In this document: piece after piece, positions 20,458 through 29,364 of the stretch
Layout of the letters: each line of letters opens with the position of its first letter
Numbering within the stretch: the stretch's first letter is position 1
Source: a virus
Lineage: Duplodnaviria > Caudoviricetes
Virus record (IMG/VR): IMGVR_UViG_3300025131_000044
Span: 1-56,661 of that record
Strand: one strand, 5' to 3'
Length of the DNA stretch: 56,661 nt
The notes under the pieces: generated by a model
The model's input: the letters and a program-made list of their open reading frames with translations, nothing else
What the model was told of the DNA's origin: nothing
The model's database searches: none
Made by a program: the position numbers and the translations under genes

Positions 20458-20480
20458 TTGTCATCTCCATACCCCTGCTA

Positions 20481-21311
20481 TTAATTTTCTTCTTTTTCTT
20501 TTTTTGGTTTTTGTTTTTTATCACGAGCCTTTTTACACTCTTCAATCGAAAATTTAGAATCATAAATAAACTGAAAATCATTATCTTCAAGTAATTGATA
20601 AACTCTATCGATTGGAATAAAGTATCCCATGTGAGTTATAGCATCAGCTGAAAATCCCATTGGTTGAATTGATATCCGTGATGGTATTCCAATGTATTCA
20701 TACCTTTTTCTATTATCAGACCATCTATAAACTGCTCCTCCACTATTACCAAAGATAGTTGGAGCCGATGACATCCAATACTTAAAATGTTCTATCTCAT
20801 CATCCATATAAGTAATCATTCCTTCAGAAGCAACTGGAGGGTGACCTAGTGACGCACCAACTGCATATGTCTGGTCAAAAATATGAACATTATCTATATC
20901 TTTAAGTGGAAACATATTGGCCACATAATCTGCACAATTCTCTTTATCTCTAACTCGTAGTAGTGCCCAATCTTGGCCACCTTGAACTTCAGAGTAAGCT
21001 ACTATATCAGCTTCAACAGCAAATGAACCAACTGTATGTGAATAATTATTAAATTTGAAGAACTCTACATTAACTGTATCAAGAATTTCTTTATCAGCTT
21101 TTCGTTTAAGTACCGGGTCCCATTTCTTTTCCAGATGAACACTATCTTGAATAACATGGTGATTAGTTATAACATATGTGTAAACTTCTTTTTTATATTT
21201 TTTTGAATATACTACTGTACCACTTCCACCAGCTTTTTTAGTTCTAACCCTAACTGTAGGATAGAACATCTGTTCATGTTTTTGTATTATTTCTTTACTT
21301 GCTTTTGCCAT
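20481..21311 (-). CDS. Trypsin-like serine protease
   Basis: GSGTVV, ITNHHVI (His), QDWALL (Asp), IFGNSGGAV (Ser). Confidence 0.9.
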   Translation of the reverse strand: MAKASKEIIQKHEQMFYPTVRVRTKKAGGSGTVVYSKKYKKEVYTYVITNHHVIQDSVHLEKKWDPVLKRKADKEILDTVNVEFFKFNNYSHTVGSFAVEADIVAYSEVQGGQDWALLRVRDKENCADYVANMFPLKDIDNVHIFDQTYAVGASLGHPPVASEGMITYMDDEIEHFKYWMSSAPTIFGNSGGAVYRWSDNRKRYEYIGIPSRISIQPMGFSADAITHMGYFIPIDRVYQLLEDNDFQFIYDSKFSIEECKKARDKKQKPKKEKEEN

Positions 21312-21637
21312 CACTGACCTCCCACTTGGTTTATGTTTCTAAATAAATTTTTTGGATTGGTATATTGTTGGTTCATTCTTTTGAAGTTATCTGCTCTCCA
21401 ATTACCATATGGAAATGAAATAACCATTTCAATTCCAGTCTTTCTATCCACTACCACTAAATGAACAAAGTTATAATCTGCAAATGCAACTCCTTGACTC
21501 ATATCTAATTCTTGTATTTGACCTATTGTTTTAAATTCAGTAGAAACTCTAAACCAAATATTTTCATGATGTTTACATACGCATTCTTCAGAGAAGATGA
21601 AACTAAATAAAGTAACAAGTAGTAAAATAAATTTCAT
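21311..21637 (-). CDS. Hypothetical secreted protein
   Basis: Signal peptide, GAGGAG RBS, upstream TATTTATA. Confidence 0.7.
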   Translation of the reverse strand: MKFILLLVTLFSFIFSEECVCKHHENIWFRVSTEFKTIGQIQELDMSQGVAFADYNFVHLVVVDRKTGIEMVISFPYGNWRADNFKRMNQQYTNPKNLFRNINQVGGQ

Positions 21638-21673
21638 AATAAATCTCCTCTATATATAAATATATAATTTTTC

Positions 21674-21746
21674 AAAAAATCAGAGAGGAGTATGAGTCAG
21701 CGGGATTAACTCATATCCCTTGTTCTCTGACTCTTTATTATAAATA
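21674..21746 (-). ncRNA. Candidate small RNA (promoter motif + hairpin + U-tract)
   Basis: TATTTATA motif, then TCAGAGA..GGATATGAGT-loop-ACTCATACTCC-TCTCTGA-TTTTTT; no ORF. Confidence 0.4.
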
Positions 21747-21764
21747 CTTTGCATGCAACAGAAA

Positions 21765-21797
21765 CAAAAAAGGTTTCGTAAACACGAAACCTTTTTG
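21765..21797. terminator. Intrinsic terminator after the hsp20 operon
   Basis: CAAAAAAGGTTTCGT-aaac-ACGAAACCTTTTTG. Confidence 0.8.
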
Positions 21798-21824
21798 TGA
21801 TGAAGATAACATAATATAACCTAT

Positions 21825-22004
21825 TTAAATGTCTTCAAATTCTGCATCTATTATTTCATCTAAAATAAAATAAATATTTTGAGAACTTTTTATAACCATA
21901 TCTGCACCATAATTTTCTTTTAAGGAGTTTGGGTCCTCAACGCGTTTCCCCTCAATCTTGCTGAGAACCCTCCACTTCTTATTTTGAAAATCAATTATTT
22001 CCAT
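21825..22004 (-). CDS. Hypothetical 59-aa protein
   Basis: MEIIDFQNKKWRVL...IDAEFEDI; TAATG overlap with the hsp20 stop; below ORF-track cutoff. Confidence 0.65.
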   Translation of the reverse strand: MEIIDFQNKKWRVLSKIEGKRVEDPNSLKENYGADMVIKSSQNIYFILDEIIDAEFEDI

Positions 22005-22465
22005 TAAGTTATTTTAATAGAATGTTTTTTAGGTTGTTCTGGTTCTTTCTTGGGAATAGATATCGATAACATACCATCTTTAAATTTAGCTGATACATTA
22101 TCACCATCTAAATATTCTCCAAGATTGAAAGACCTTTTGAAGGCTGATTGTTTTAATTCCCGTGTGATACATTTACCACCATCTGAATCAAATCCATGTT
22201 TATCACCTGATATAATAAGAACTTGCTCTTCTACATCAACAGTTACATTCTTCTTATCCAATCCTGGAATTTCAGCGACGATACCAATTTTGTCATCGTA
22301 CTCATAGACATTCACTTTAGGATAAGCTCCTTGATTGAAAGATACTCCAGTTTCCTCTTTAAAGTTTGGAAACGATTTATCTATCAATTGGTCAAAGATT
22401 TTATCGAATGGTGTTAAAAATTCATCTCGGTTGAGATGTGCTGGGTTTACAAATATTTTTGTCAT
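22004..22465 (-). CDS. Small heat-shock protein (Hsp20/alpha-crystallin)
   Basis: YPKVNVYE, AEIPGLDK, FKRSFNL, AKFKDGMLSISIPK. Confidence 0.95.
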   Translation of the reverse strand: MTKIFVNPAHLNRDEFLTPFDKIFDQLIDKSFPNFKEETGVSFNQGAYPKVNVYEYDDKIGIVAEIPGLDKKNVTVDVEEQVLIISGDKHGFDSDGGKCITRELKQSAFKRSFNLGEYLDGDNVSAKFKDGMLSISIPKKEPEQPKKHSIKIT

Positions 22466-22570
22466 TTTATTTCTCCGTTGTTTAATTAACTATTTAGTCT
22501 AACTAATTTGATTGTCCTCAGTTGAGCGACAATCTCTACTATATATAGTACAATAATCGTACTACGGAGA

Positions 22571-23134
22571 TTAACCGAATACTTTTGTCATAATATCTGA
22601 CAATCTGTCTATAGATACTGAATTTTCCTGACACTGTTGATTCCAAGATTGTTTATAACAAACAGCAGAGCCATAATTAACGCTTCTATCAGAAAATTTT
22701 TCTAATTTTTCTGGAGAGTCATCAATCAATACATCAACATCAACTAATTGTTTATATTTAGTATAATGTTTTTCATCAAAATCAAAACCATATTTTTCTA
22801 ACCACGCATCTGTTGGCTCTTCACAATGTGGTCGTTGAGCTGAAACTAAAACTAATTCGTGGTCATTCTCGATAGCCCAGGCTTTTAGTTTCTTCCAATC
22901 CTCAACTGATTCTTTTATTGGTGGACATTCAGGTCCAAAGAAATCTAAATAGTTATCTTCGAAAACATATTTCTCCGTTTCTTCTTCCGTCCAGAATGGT
23001 AACCATTGTTCCCAATCCCAAGATGTTGGTTCAAGAATTTTATCCGCATGTTCTGGATGAGTTTCTTTAATACTATCTATAAGTGCTGGAATAAAATCTC
23101 TTAATACTCCATCACAATCAATTCCTATTCTCAT
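22571..23134 (-). CDS. 5'(3')-deoxyribonucleotidase (HAD, NT5C-like)
   Basis: IGIDCDGVLRD, VLVSAQ, DVLIDDSP, SWN. Confidence 0.85.
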   Translation of the reverse strand: MRIGIDCDGVLRDFIPALIDSIKETHPEHADKILEPTSWDWEQWLPFWTEEETEKYVFEDNYLDFFGPECPPIKESVEDWKKLKAWAIENDHELVLVSAQRPHCEEPTDAWLEKYGFDFDEKHYTKYKQLVDVDVLIDDSPEKLEKFSDRSVNYGSAVCYKQSWNQQCQENSVSIDRLSDIMTKVFG

Positions 23135-23283
23135 TAGTGACCTACCTTATCTCTTATCTCTGTCATTTTAATTTTCATAAAATGATAACATAATCCCAAT
23201 AAAGGTACTAACACCATAGAACATAAACCTATAGCTATTATAAAAGCCCACATCCAAGTTATTATATCATTCATATTTTATCC

Positions 23284-23430
23284 TTATTTATTTTTACAAT
23301 TACAACATGTTTCTCTTTCCAATCCTATCGTTGGAAAATCAGAATATTGAATTATTGTTTTACCACCATCCATCTCATAAACTGTCTCACAATTTAAACA
23401 ATATTTTACTGGAAAATTTTCTTGTTCCAT
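23284..23430 (-). CDS. Small Zn-finger protein (48 aa)
   Basis: MEQENFPVKYCLNC...ETCCNCKNK with AAGGAG RBS. Confidence 0.6.
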   Translation of the reverse strand: MEQENFPVKYCLNCETVYEMDGGKTIIQYSDFPTIGLERETCCNCKNK

Positions 23431-23440
23431 ATTAACTCCT

Positions 23441-23689
23441 TTACGCATTAATGTTACTGTTATATTTTTTCCACAACGAATTTGCTTTTAACATCTCGTT
23501 TTTATTTAAAATTCTATCATCGGTTTGCCAATACTCTACTCTAGCTGAAACAAATCTCAAATCTAAATCATCAATATTAGGATTAGTTGATTCAATTTTA
23601 GTGAGTAACATACTCATCCTACTAAACATCTTATTCCAAAATTCTATAGTCTTGTTATCCATTTTTTCTCTGTTTTCACTACTCTTCAT
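23441..23689 (-). CDS. Hypothetical protein
   Basis: 82 aa ORF in operon. Confidence 0.6.
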   Translation of the reverse strand: MKSSENREKMDNKTIEFWNKMFSRMSMLLTKIESTNPNIDDLDLRFVSARVEYWQTDDRILNKNEMLKANSLWKKYNSNINA

Positions 23690-23914
23690 TTATACATCTC
23701 CCCTTTCGTGATGAAATTCATATCCATCCCACTCATCATACTCAACCCTAACAGAATTTATATAGCGTGATAAATGTTCAGTTATAAAATCAGATGCATC
23801 TTGAACATTCATTTTATTTTCATCTATATCAAAGAGCAATTCTCTTTTCATCTTACGAATTAATTCTTTCTGTTTATCTGTTACTGGAGAATTTGGATAT
23901 TTAAATTTAATCAT
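23690..23914 (-). CDS. Hypothetical protein
   Basis: PVTDKQKELIRKM...ASDFI motif; coupled to the VWA gene. Confidence 0.65.
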   Translation of the reverse strand: MIKFKYPNSPVTDKQKELIRKMKRELLFDIDENKMNVQDASDFITEHLSRYINSVRVEYDEWDGYEFHHERGDV

Positions 23915-26034
23915 TACTTACTTAAAAACTTTTCATTCATTGTCTTAGCAACCTGCATCATATTAGTTGGGTTAATGAACTCAGCATCTTTCCCATACAT
24001 ATTTGTGAAAGCCTCATTATATCTATCAGAACCATAGTCACTAATAAAGTAGCTTAAAACACTGATTCCCATAGCTCTCATGTTTGAAACCATTTTGTTA
24101 GTATGTCTCTCAGCGTCTCTACCTTGATAACTAATTTCTTTATTACCAAAGTAAGGTTGACCGTCAGAGTAATTCACAAAGTAACTATCTTGATTAGAGT
24201 TACCTGGAATCAATTCTTTTTGAATCGCCTCAAAACACAAACCCTCTGGAGTAGTTCCACTCACATCAAGAGCTGGAAAAAGATTTTTTACTTTTTGAAG
24301 TTTATCAACTCTCGAATCATAACAAACCACAATCAAAGGAACATCAACACTACCTCTTGAATTACCATGAGTAGTTCTGATTGAAACAACAACATCAATG
24401 TTACCAGCCATATCACAAGCTTTAATCATTGCAACTGCTGATGTCATTGCCTTGTTCCAAGGTTTCCCACACATAGAACCAGAAGCATCAATTGAAATAT
24501 GTAAGTAAGCTTTATTATATCTTTCAGTAAAAGTAGTTTGAAAAACATTAGAATTACCAAAACCTAATTCAGAAATCAATCTCTTGTCAATCTTACCACT
24601 ATCTTGTCTTGTAAATTTAAGTTGAGACTCCTCACCTCTAACTTGAAGTTTTCTACCCAACACAGTTCCAAGTCTTAAACCTTCTTCAACAAAGTTATAA
24701 TTTCTACCTCTATAAGAATCTTTATTACTATAACTTTCTTGATTCCAACTTGAAGCACAGCTAAATTGGTCTGAATCAATAAGTGATTGAGTTAGTTTTC
24801 TAACAACCAAGCATTTAGTACCTTTACCAACTAAAGCACCATCCCAAGAATATTTAGGAATATCTTTACCAACAGTTTCATAACTAGCACCTGACTCTTC
24901 AATAGATTGAATATCTTTTGATTCTTTTTTATTTAATTTAGTTTTTTGAACATCACCATCAAGAAACTTTTCTTGTTTCTCAAAATGTTTTTTCAACATA
25001 TTTTTTTGTCTATCTGAAAGTTCAACACAATCTGAACCATCATCGTTACCTAAGTTTTCATCAGGAGTAGTTGGAGATTCAAGTGAATCAGAATCAATCA
25101 TATCTTGAAGTTCTTCATCAGAGATAGTATTACTACTACCAGAACTATTTTCCTCTTTAGAATCATCATTTCCAGAAGAATTATTACTATTCTGTGATTG
25201 AGTTTCTTTATCATCTTCGACTTTAATAGGGTCGATAGATTTAAGAATAACATTCATAACATTACAAGCCACTTTAAAACAATCTTCTGTATTTTTTAAT
25301 CTTGGTATCGAACCTAAATTAATTAAAGAATAAATTTCTTTAAGCCCTTTAAGAGAACCTAACTGTCTATTTTTATTATGAAGATTAATAATTCTAAACA
25401 TATAAGACTCGATAGTTTCAGTTCTGAACTCCGATGACAATAAACCTTTATCTACATTCTTTGAGTAGAAATACTTGTCATACATAGAGTGGTAATAAGA
25501 TTTATATCCGGGAGAAGTTCTGAAAATATATGAATCAATTCTTCTGTCTTCTACATAATTTAATAAATTCTTCACAGTTGAAAGAACTTCGTTTCTATTA
25601 ATACCAACACCCTCAGCCAAAACATAAAGTTCAGCGGGAATGTTAGTTTCTAAATGTCTTAAAAAATCAAAATCAGAAAGTTTAATATGTGACCCTTCGT
25701 GAAGAGCTAAACCAACCGCCACATCAAATTTCTTATCATCAATACTAGAACCGATAACAACTTTCTTACCATCAGTATAACTTTCATCATTACTATTAAA
25801 CACAACAGGTATATTTTGTTCAGTAACAATATTAACAAAGTTACTTATAGCTCTTTTATAACCAGCCAAAGCAACTAAATCTTTTCCTTTTTTAGTATCG
25901 GTATCTAAACCTAAAAACTCATCAACATCTGTATCATCATTATTCATCCAGAAGTGAGAATTTTGTTTGACTTGTGATTTAGCAGGACCAGAACGAAAAG
26001 TAAACCCTTTCCAATCTTTCGAATTAAAACTCAT
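23914..26034 (-). CDS. CobT-like protein: N-terminal HExxH domain, acidic linker, C-terminal VWA domain
   Basis: LHEGSH...NYVEDRRID; SGKID; MIDAS DASGSM, GTTPEG, YSDGQP; start moved to MSFNSK behind AAGGAG. Confidence 0.88.
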   Translation of the reverse strand: MSFNSKDWKGFTFRSGPAKSQVKQNSHFWMNNDDTDVDEFLGLDTDTKKGKDLVALAGYKRAISNFVNIVTEQNIPVVFNSNDESYTDGKKVVIGSSIDDKKFDVAVGLALHEGSHIKLSDFDFLRHLETNIPAELYVLAEGVGINRNEVLSTVKNLLNYVEDRRIDSYIFRTSPGYKSYYHSMYDKYFYSKNVDKGLLSSEFRTETIESYMFRIINLHNKNRQLGSLKGLKEIYSLINLGSIPRLKNTEDCFKVACNVMNVILKSIDPIKVEDDKETQSQNSNNSSGNDDSKEENSSGSSNTISDEELQDMIDSDSLESPTTPDENLGNDDGSDCVELSDRQKNMLKKHFEKQEKFLDGDVQKTKLNKKESKDIQSIEESGASYETVGKDIPKYSWDGALVGKGTKCLVVRKLTQSLIDSDQFSCASSWNQESYSNKDSYRGRNYNFVEEGLRLGTVLGRKLQVRGEESQLKFTRQDSGKIDKRLISELGFGNSNVFQTTFTERYNKAYLHISIDASGSMCGKPWNKAMTSAVAMIKACDMAGNIDVVVSIRTTHGNSRGSVDVPLIVVCYDSRVDKLQKVKNLFPALDVSGTTPEGLCFEAIQKELIPGNSNQDSYFVNYSDGQPYFGNKEISYQGRDAERHTNKMVSNMRAMGISVLSYFISDYGSDRYNEAFTNMYGKDAEFINPTNMMQVAKTMNEKFLSK

Positions 26035-26069
26035 AAAACTCCTTTTTTTATCATTTCTCATTACACTAT

Positions 26070-26135
26070 AATATAAGGAGGATTTTGTTATAAAGTCAAG
26101 CTTTTTCTTTAATTTAATTGTAACAGTATGTAACA
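26070..26135 (-). promoter_or_regulatory. Early promoter with upstream TGTAACA-N3-TGTAACA direct repeat
   Basis: TTGACT-N18-TATATT; repeats at 26119-26125 and 26129-26135. Confidence 0.8.
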
Positions 26136-26161
26136 AGTATTAAAGTAATACTTTAAGTAGA

Positions 26162-26767
26162 TTATTTTTTAGGGTCGGATTTATCGGGAAAATCTATATT
26201 CAAATCTTTCATTATCTGGTCTAAGGGTTTTGCTCCCTTTGCCTGTTTTGCTAGTTCTTTTCTTTTTTTGATTCTTTCTCGCTCATCATAATACAATTCA
26301 AATCGTTCATAATCTGTTAGTCCAGGGTCATCCTTTAGAAATTCTTCTATTTCACCAAGATTCATATATTCGGCAACATCATCTATATGAGGTTTATTAA
26401 AAGTATCTTTTCGTGGTTCTTTTTTTATTTTTCTATTAGGATGTTTTTTTAGGTATTCTTGCTCCCAGCTGCGTAAGAAAGCATCAAACTGGTCTACAAG
26501 TTTTTCATACTCTTCATCATTCATTTCAGGTAGATTCCAATCCATAAATGTTTCATCTACATAATCTTCTCTTTTTTTCTTTTTTGGTTCTTCCTTTAGA
26601 TAACCATCATATGAATTAAGTAACTCACTTATAGCCCAATTACAAAAATTAATTTTTTGCATTGACTCTGCGTTACTACTATCAGTTGCTGCATCAAATT
26701 GTATTTCATCTAAAAACTCGATTAGATTTTTCTGTAAATCTTTCGATATGATTTTATACTTTTTCAT
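26162..26767 (-). CDS. Hypothetical charged protein
   Basis: Start moved to MKKYKI behind GAGGAG; upstream TATTTATA. Confidence 0.7.
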   Translation of the reverse strand: MKKYKIISKDLQKNLIEFLDEIQFDAATDSSNAESMQKINFCNWAISELLNSYDGYLKEEPKKKKREDYVDETFMDWNLPEMNDEEYEKLVDQFDAFLRSWEQEYLKKHPNRKIKKEPRKDTFNKPHIDDVAEYMNLGEIEEFLKDDPGLTDYERFELYYDERERIKKRKELAKQAKGAKPLDQIMKDLNIDFPDKSDPKK

Positions 26768-26821
26768 AATTGTTCTCCTCATAACTTACTCTATATATAA
26801 ATATTAATTAAACTTGCAAAA

Positions 26822-27193
26822 CTAACCATTATTCTTGCTCATCCAACCATGACCTTTAGGTAAACCATATTTATTCACTCGAACATAAACAATCTTATCG
26901 ATTGTTAATACAACCTTATCTGCATGAAGACTTCTTACTTCACATGCTAAAGTCACTGATGATTTACCTATCTCCAATGTCTGTATTCCTATTTCTACTA
27001 CATCACCAAGTATAACAGGAAACTTAAAGTTAATCTCTGACATCATCTTCGTTACTATAAGTCCTGTATTCAATTCTAACCCAGCGTGTATCCCACCTTC
27101 TTCATCAATCCATTTAAGTAGCTGTCCACCATGTAAATAACCCCTTGGGTTTAAATCTTCATGTGTAACTAATTTTCTTGTTAAGAACTTCAT
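26822..27193 (-). CDS. Acyl-CoA thioesterase (hotdog fold, YciA-like)
   Basis: EDLNPRGYLHGGQLLKWIDE...INFKFPVILGD...IGKSS. Confidence 0.88.
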   Translation of the reverse strand: MKFLTRKLVTHEDLNPRGYLHGGQLLKWIDEEGGIHAGLELNTGLIVTKMMSEINFKFPVILGDVVEIGIQTLEIGKSSVTLACEVRSLHADKVVLTIDKIVYVRVNKYGLPKGHGWMSKNNG

Positions 27194-28089
27194 TCATATT
27201 TCCCTATTTTAAAATTAATAAAACTTATAATTTCTTCTGCTACATTTTTCTTTGTATAATTTTCCATTCCCTCAAATCCTGGATTAGAATTAACTTCACA
27301 TATTTTGTATCCATCACCACTAAATAATAAGTCAACACCAGCTATATCCAGATTTAGTGCTTTAGAAGCTTCAGTTGCTAACCATTCTATTTGTTCATTC
27401 ACCTCATATGGAAATCCCTCACCACCACGAGATATGTTTGCTCTGAAATCATCATCTTGTGATTGTCGCATCATACAACCAACTACTTTATTATTTACAA
27501 CTAATACTCTCAAATCTTTTCCCCAAGTATCTTTGATAAATTCTTGTATAATAATATTGTAACTTGGTTTAGTTAATTCTGCCATTGTTAGTAGTTGTTT
27601 AAATTGTTTTTTAGTTTCTGCTAAGAATACACCTCTACCATAACTACCACTTATTGTTTTTACGATGGCTGGAAATCCAATATGTTTTGCTACAAACTCT
27701 ATATCAATTGGATGTTTTAATAACATTGTTTTTGGAATATCAAGATTTGATTGTGCAAGTATTTGATGTGAATATAACTTATCTTTTGTATTATCTATAG
27801 CTTCACTACTATTAATAACAACTACACCCATTCTCTCAAAGTGTCTGATAACTGCTTTGATGTGATATGTTGTTCCACTACCTGTTCTTGGAAATACAAA
27901 TTTAGGTAATGGTAGTGATTCTCCATTAACTAATATAGATTGTCTATTTTCTTTATTAACAAAAATATCTATTAGATTTGGGTCAATTAGTTCAATACTA
28001 ATATCATGATTTTTAAACTCTTCACATAATCTATTAGTTTCATAAGACTCATGAAATTTTGGTTTTACTAATATCCAACCCTTATTCAT
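27190..28089 (-). CDS. rimK: RimK-family ATP-grasp ligase
   Basis: DKL, FPAIVK..SGSYGRGV, IIQEFI, DLRV, FRANISRGG, AGVDLL, ICEVNSNPGFEG. Confidence 0.9.
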   Translation of the reverse strand: MNKGWILVKPKFHESYETNRLCEEFKNHDISIELIDPNLIDIFVNKENRQSILVNGESLPLPKFVFPRTGSGTTYHIKAVIRHFERMGVVVINSSEAIDNTKDKLYSHQILAQSNLDIPKTMLLKHPIDIEFVAKHIGFPAIVKTISGSYGRGVFLAETKKQFKQLLTMAELTKPSYNIIIQEFIKDTWGKDLRVLVVNNKVVGCMMRQSQDDDFRANISRGGEGFPYEVNEQIEWLATEASKALNLDIAGVDLLFSGDGYKICEVNSNPGFEGMENYTKKNVAEEIISFINFKIGKYE

Positions 28090-28279
28090 TAAAACCCTTT
28101 TTCAATTCTTGATAATATTTTAATCCTGCAATAGATAATACTTTCAGTACATCGTCTGATAATTGTTCTATAGCATTCAGATTATTTAAATTTTTATCTT
28201 TATATTTTTCAATTAACATTTCCACCAATTTAAATTTGGTATAGTTATGTACTGATTCGTATATGTTATCTTCACTCAT
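28082..28279 (-). CDS. Hypothetical protein
   Basis: 65 aa, overlaps neighbours in operon. Confidence 0.6.
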   Translation of the reverse strand: MSEDNIYESVHNYTKFKLVEMLIEKYKDKNLNNLNAIEQLSDDVLKVLSIAGLKYYQELKKGFNE

Positions 28280-28490
28280 TATTTCTCCAACTTAAAAATC
28301 CATATACATTCATACCCAACACAAACAAACTCATAGCAATTTGTGGTGGTGCACTTATCATTAATGCATAAACCATAAATAATATATTACCTAATCCCCA
28401 TATAAAAAAACAATTTATGTTTTGTTTAGCATTAAGATAATATCCTAAAAGTATAAAAATAAAACCTATCCAACCTATCATTTCAATCAT
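28272..28490 (-). CDS. Small three-helix membrane protein (PnuC-like half)
   Basis: IGWIG...GYYLNA...FFIWGLGN...NVYGFLSW. Confidence 0.65.
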   Translation of the reverse strand: MIEMIGWIGFIFILLGYYLNAKQNINCFFIWGLGNILFMVYALMISAPPQIAMSLFVLGMNVYGFLSWRNNE

Positions 28491-28702
28491 TTGTCAATCT
28501 CCTCTATTATAGTTATTTGAGATGGTTTAAAACTTTCATAGTTTATATTATGTCTATCTAAAACTTTTATCACAATCTCTCTCATTCTGTCTGAGTTTCC
28601 TGTTATTATACGAAGAGGTGGATTATTAAGTAGAACAAAGTTTTCTACTAATCTATCCACTTCCCCATGTCTTATTCCGTGTAAGTCTAATTTATTAATC
28701 AT
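28487..28702 (-). CDS. Stand-alone Smr domain protein
   Basis: KLDLHG...LRIITGNS is the Smr/MutS2 signature. Confidence 0.8.
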   Translation of the reverse strand: MINKLDLHGIRHGEVDRLVENFVLLNNPPLRIITGNSDRMREIVIKVLDRHNINYESFKPSQITIIEEIDK

Positions 28703-28772
28703 ATTTCGTGTTAAAGAATTTTTTTTTTTGCAAAACCTCTAGCAGTTGTTAAGTCGTTTCGTCATAGTATAT

Positions 28773-28808
28773 AACTTACAACATATTCTGTATTAATGTC
28801 AAGCTTTT
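28773..28808 (-). promoter_or_regulatory. Sigma70-type early promoter
   Basis: AAAAGC-TTGACA-N18-TAAGTT. Confidence 0.7.
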
Positions 28809-29001
28809 ATTTACCAGTCATTCTGAAAATACACATTATCCACAATACAAACCATACATTATTTATAACCATCCCATTGGATGAAAATAAACCTATTGAA
28901 CATAGTATCAATAAACCACTATCTACAGCACCTTTTAAAAATGCTAAAAATCTATCTATTCTAGAATCTTGTGTCATATCAAATTGTTTGTCCATTGTCA
29001 T
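28807..29001 (-). CDS. Small membrane protein
   Basis: 64 aa, AAGGAG RBS, two hydrophobic segments. Confidence 0.6.
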   Translation of the reverse strand: MTMDKQFDMTQDSRIDRFLAFLKGAVDSGLLILCSIGLFSSNGMVINNVWFVLWIMCIFRMTGK

Positions 29002-29087
29002 TCTCCTTATTTTAGTTATTATATATTTTAAATAAACATATGAATGAAATTATTACTACTGTAAACCATATATAATCCAACCACATG

Positions 29088-29363
29088 CTATCGTAACCTT
29101 GCTAAATTTCCTATTTCTCTTTCTTCCCAATACTTATCTCTAGCTCGCTTCTCAAAGTAATTGTCATCTTTACAATCTTTCTTTAGTCTGTAGCTCATCA
29201 TACCATTATTGTTAGTATAGTATTCATAATCATCTCCGGCCCAATTACATACTAAATGCATATCTTCATTGTCTCCGGTCAATGGTATATTGTTACAATG
29301 ATATATTTCATCTATCGTATGTAATGGTATTATTAATGCCAAATATATTTCTATCGGTATCAT
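29088..29363 (-). CDS. Hypothetical protein
   Basis: 91 aa, GAGGGG RBS. Confidence 0.6.
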   Translation of the reverse strand: MIPIEIYLALIIPLHTIDEIYHCNNIPLTGDNEDMHLVCNWAGDDYEYYTNNNGMMSYRLKKDCKDDNYFEKRARDKYWEEREIGNLARLR

Positions 29364-29364
29364 A

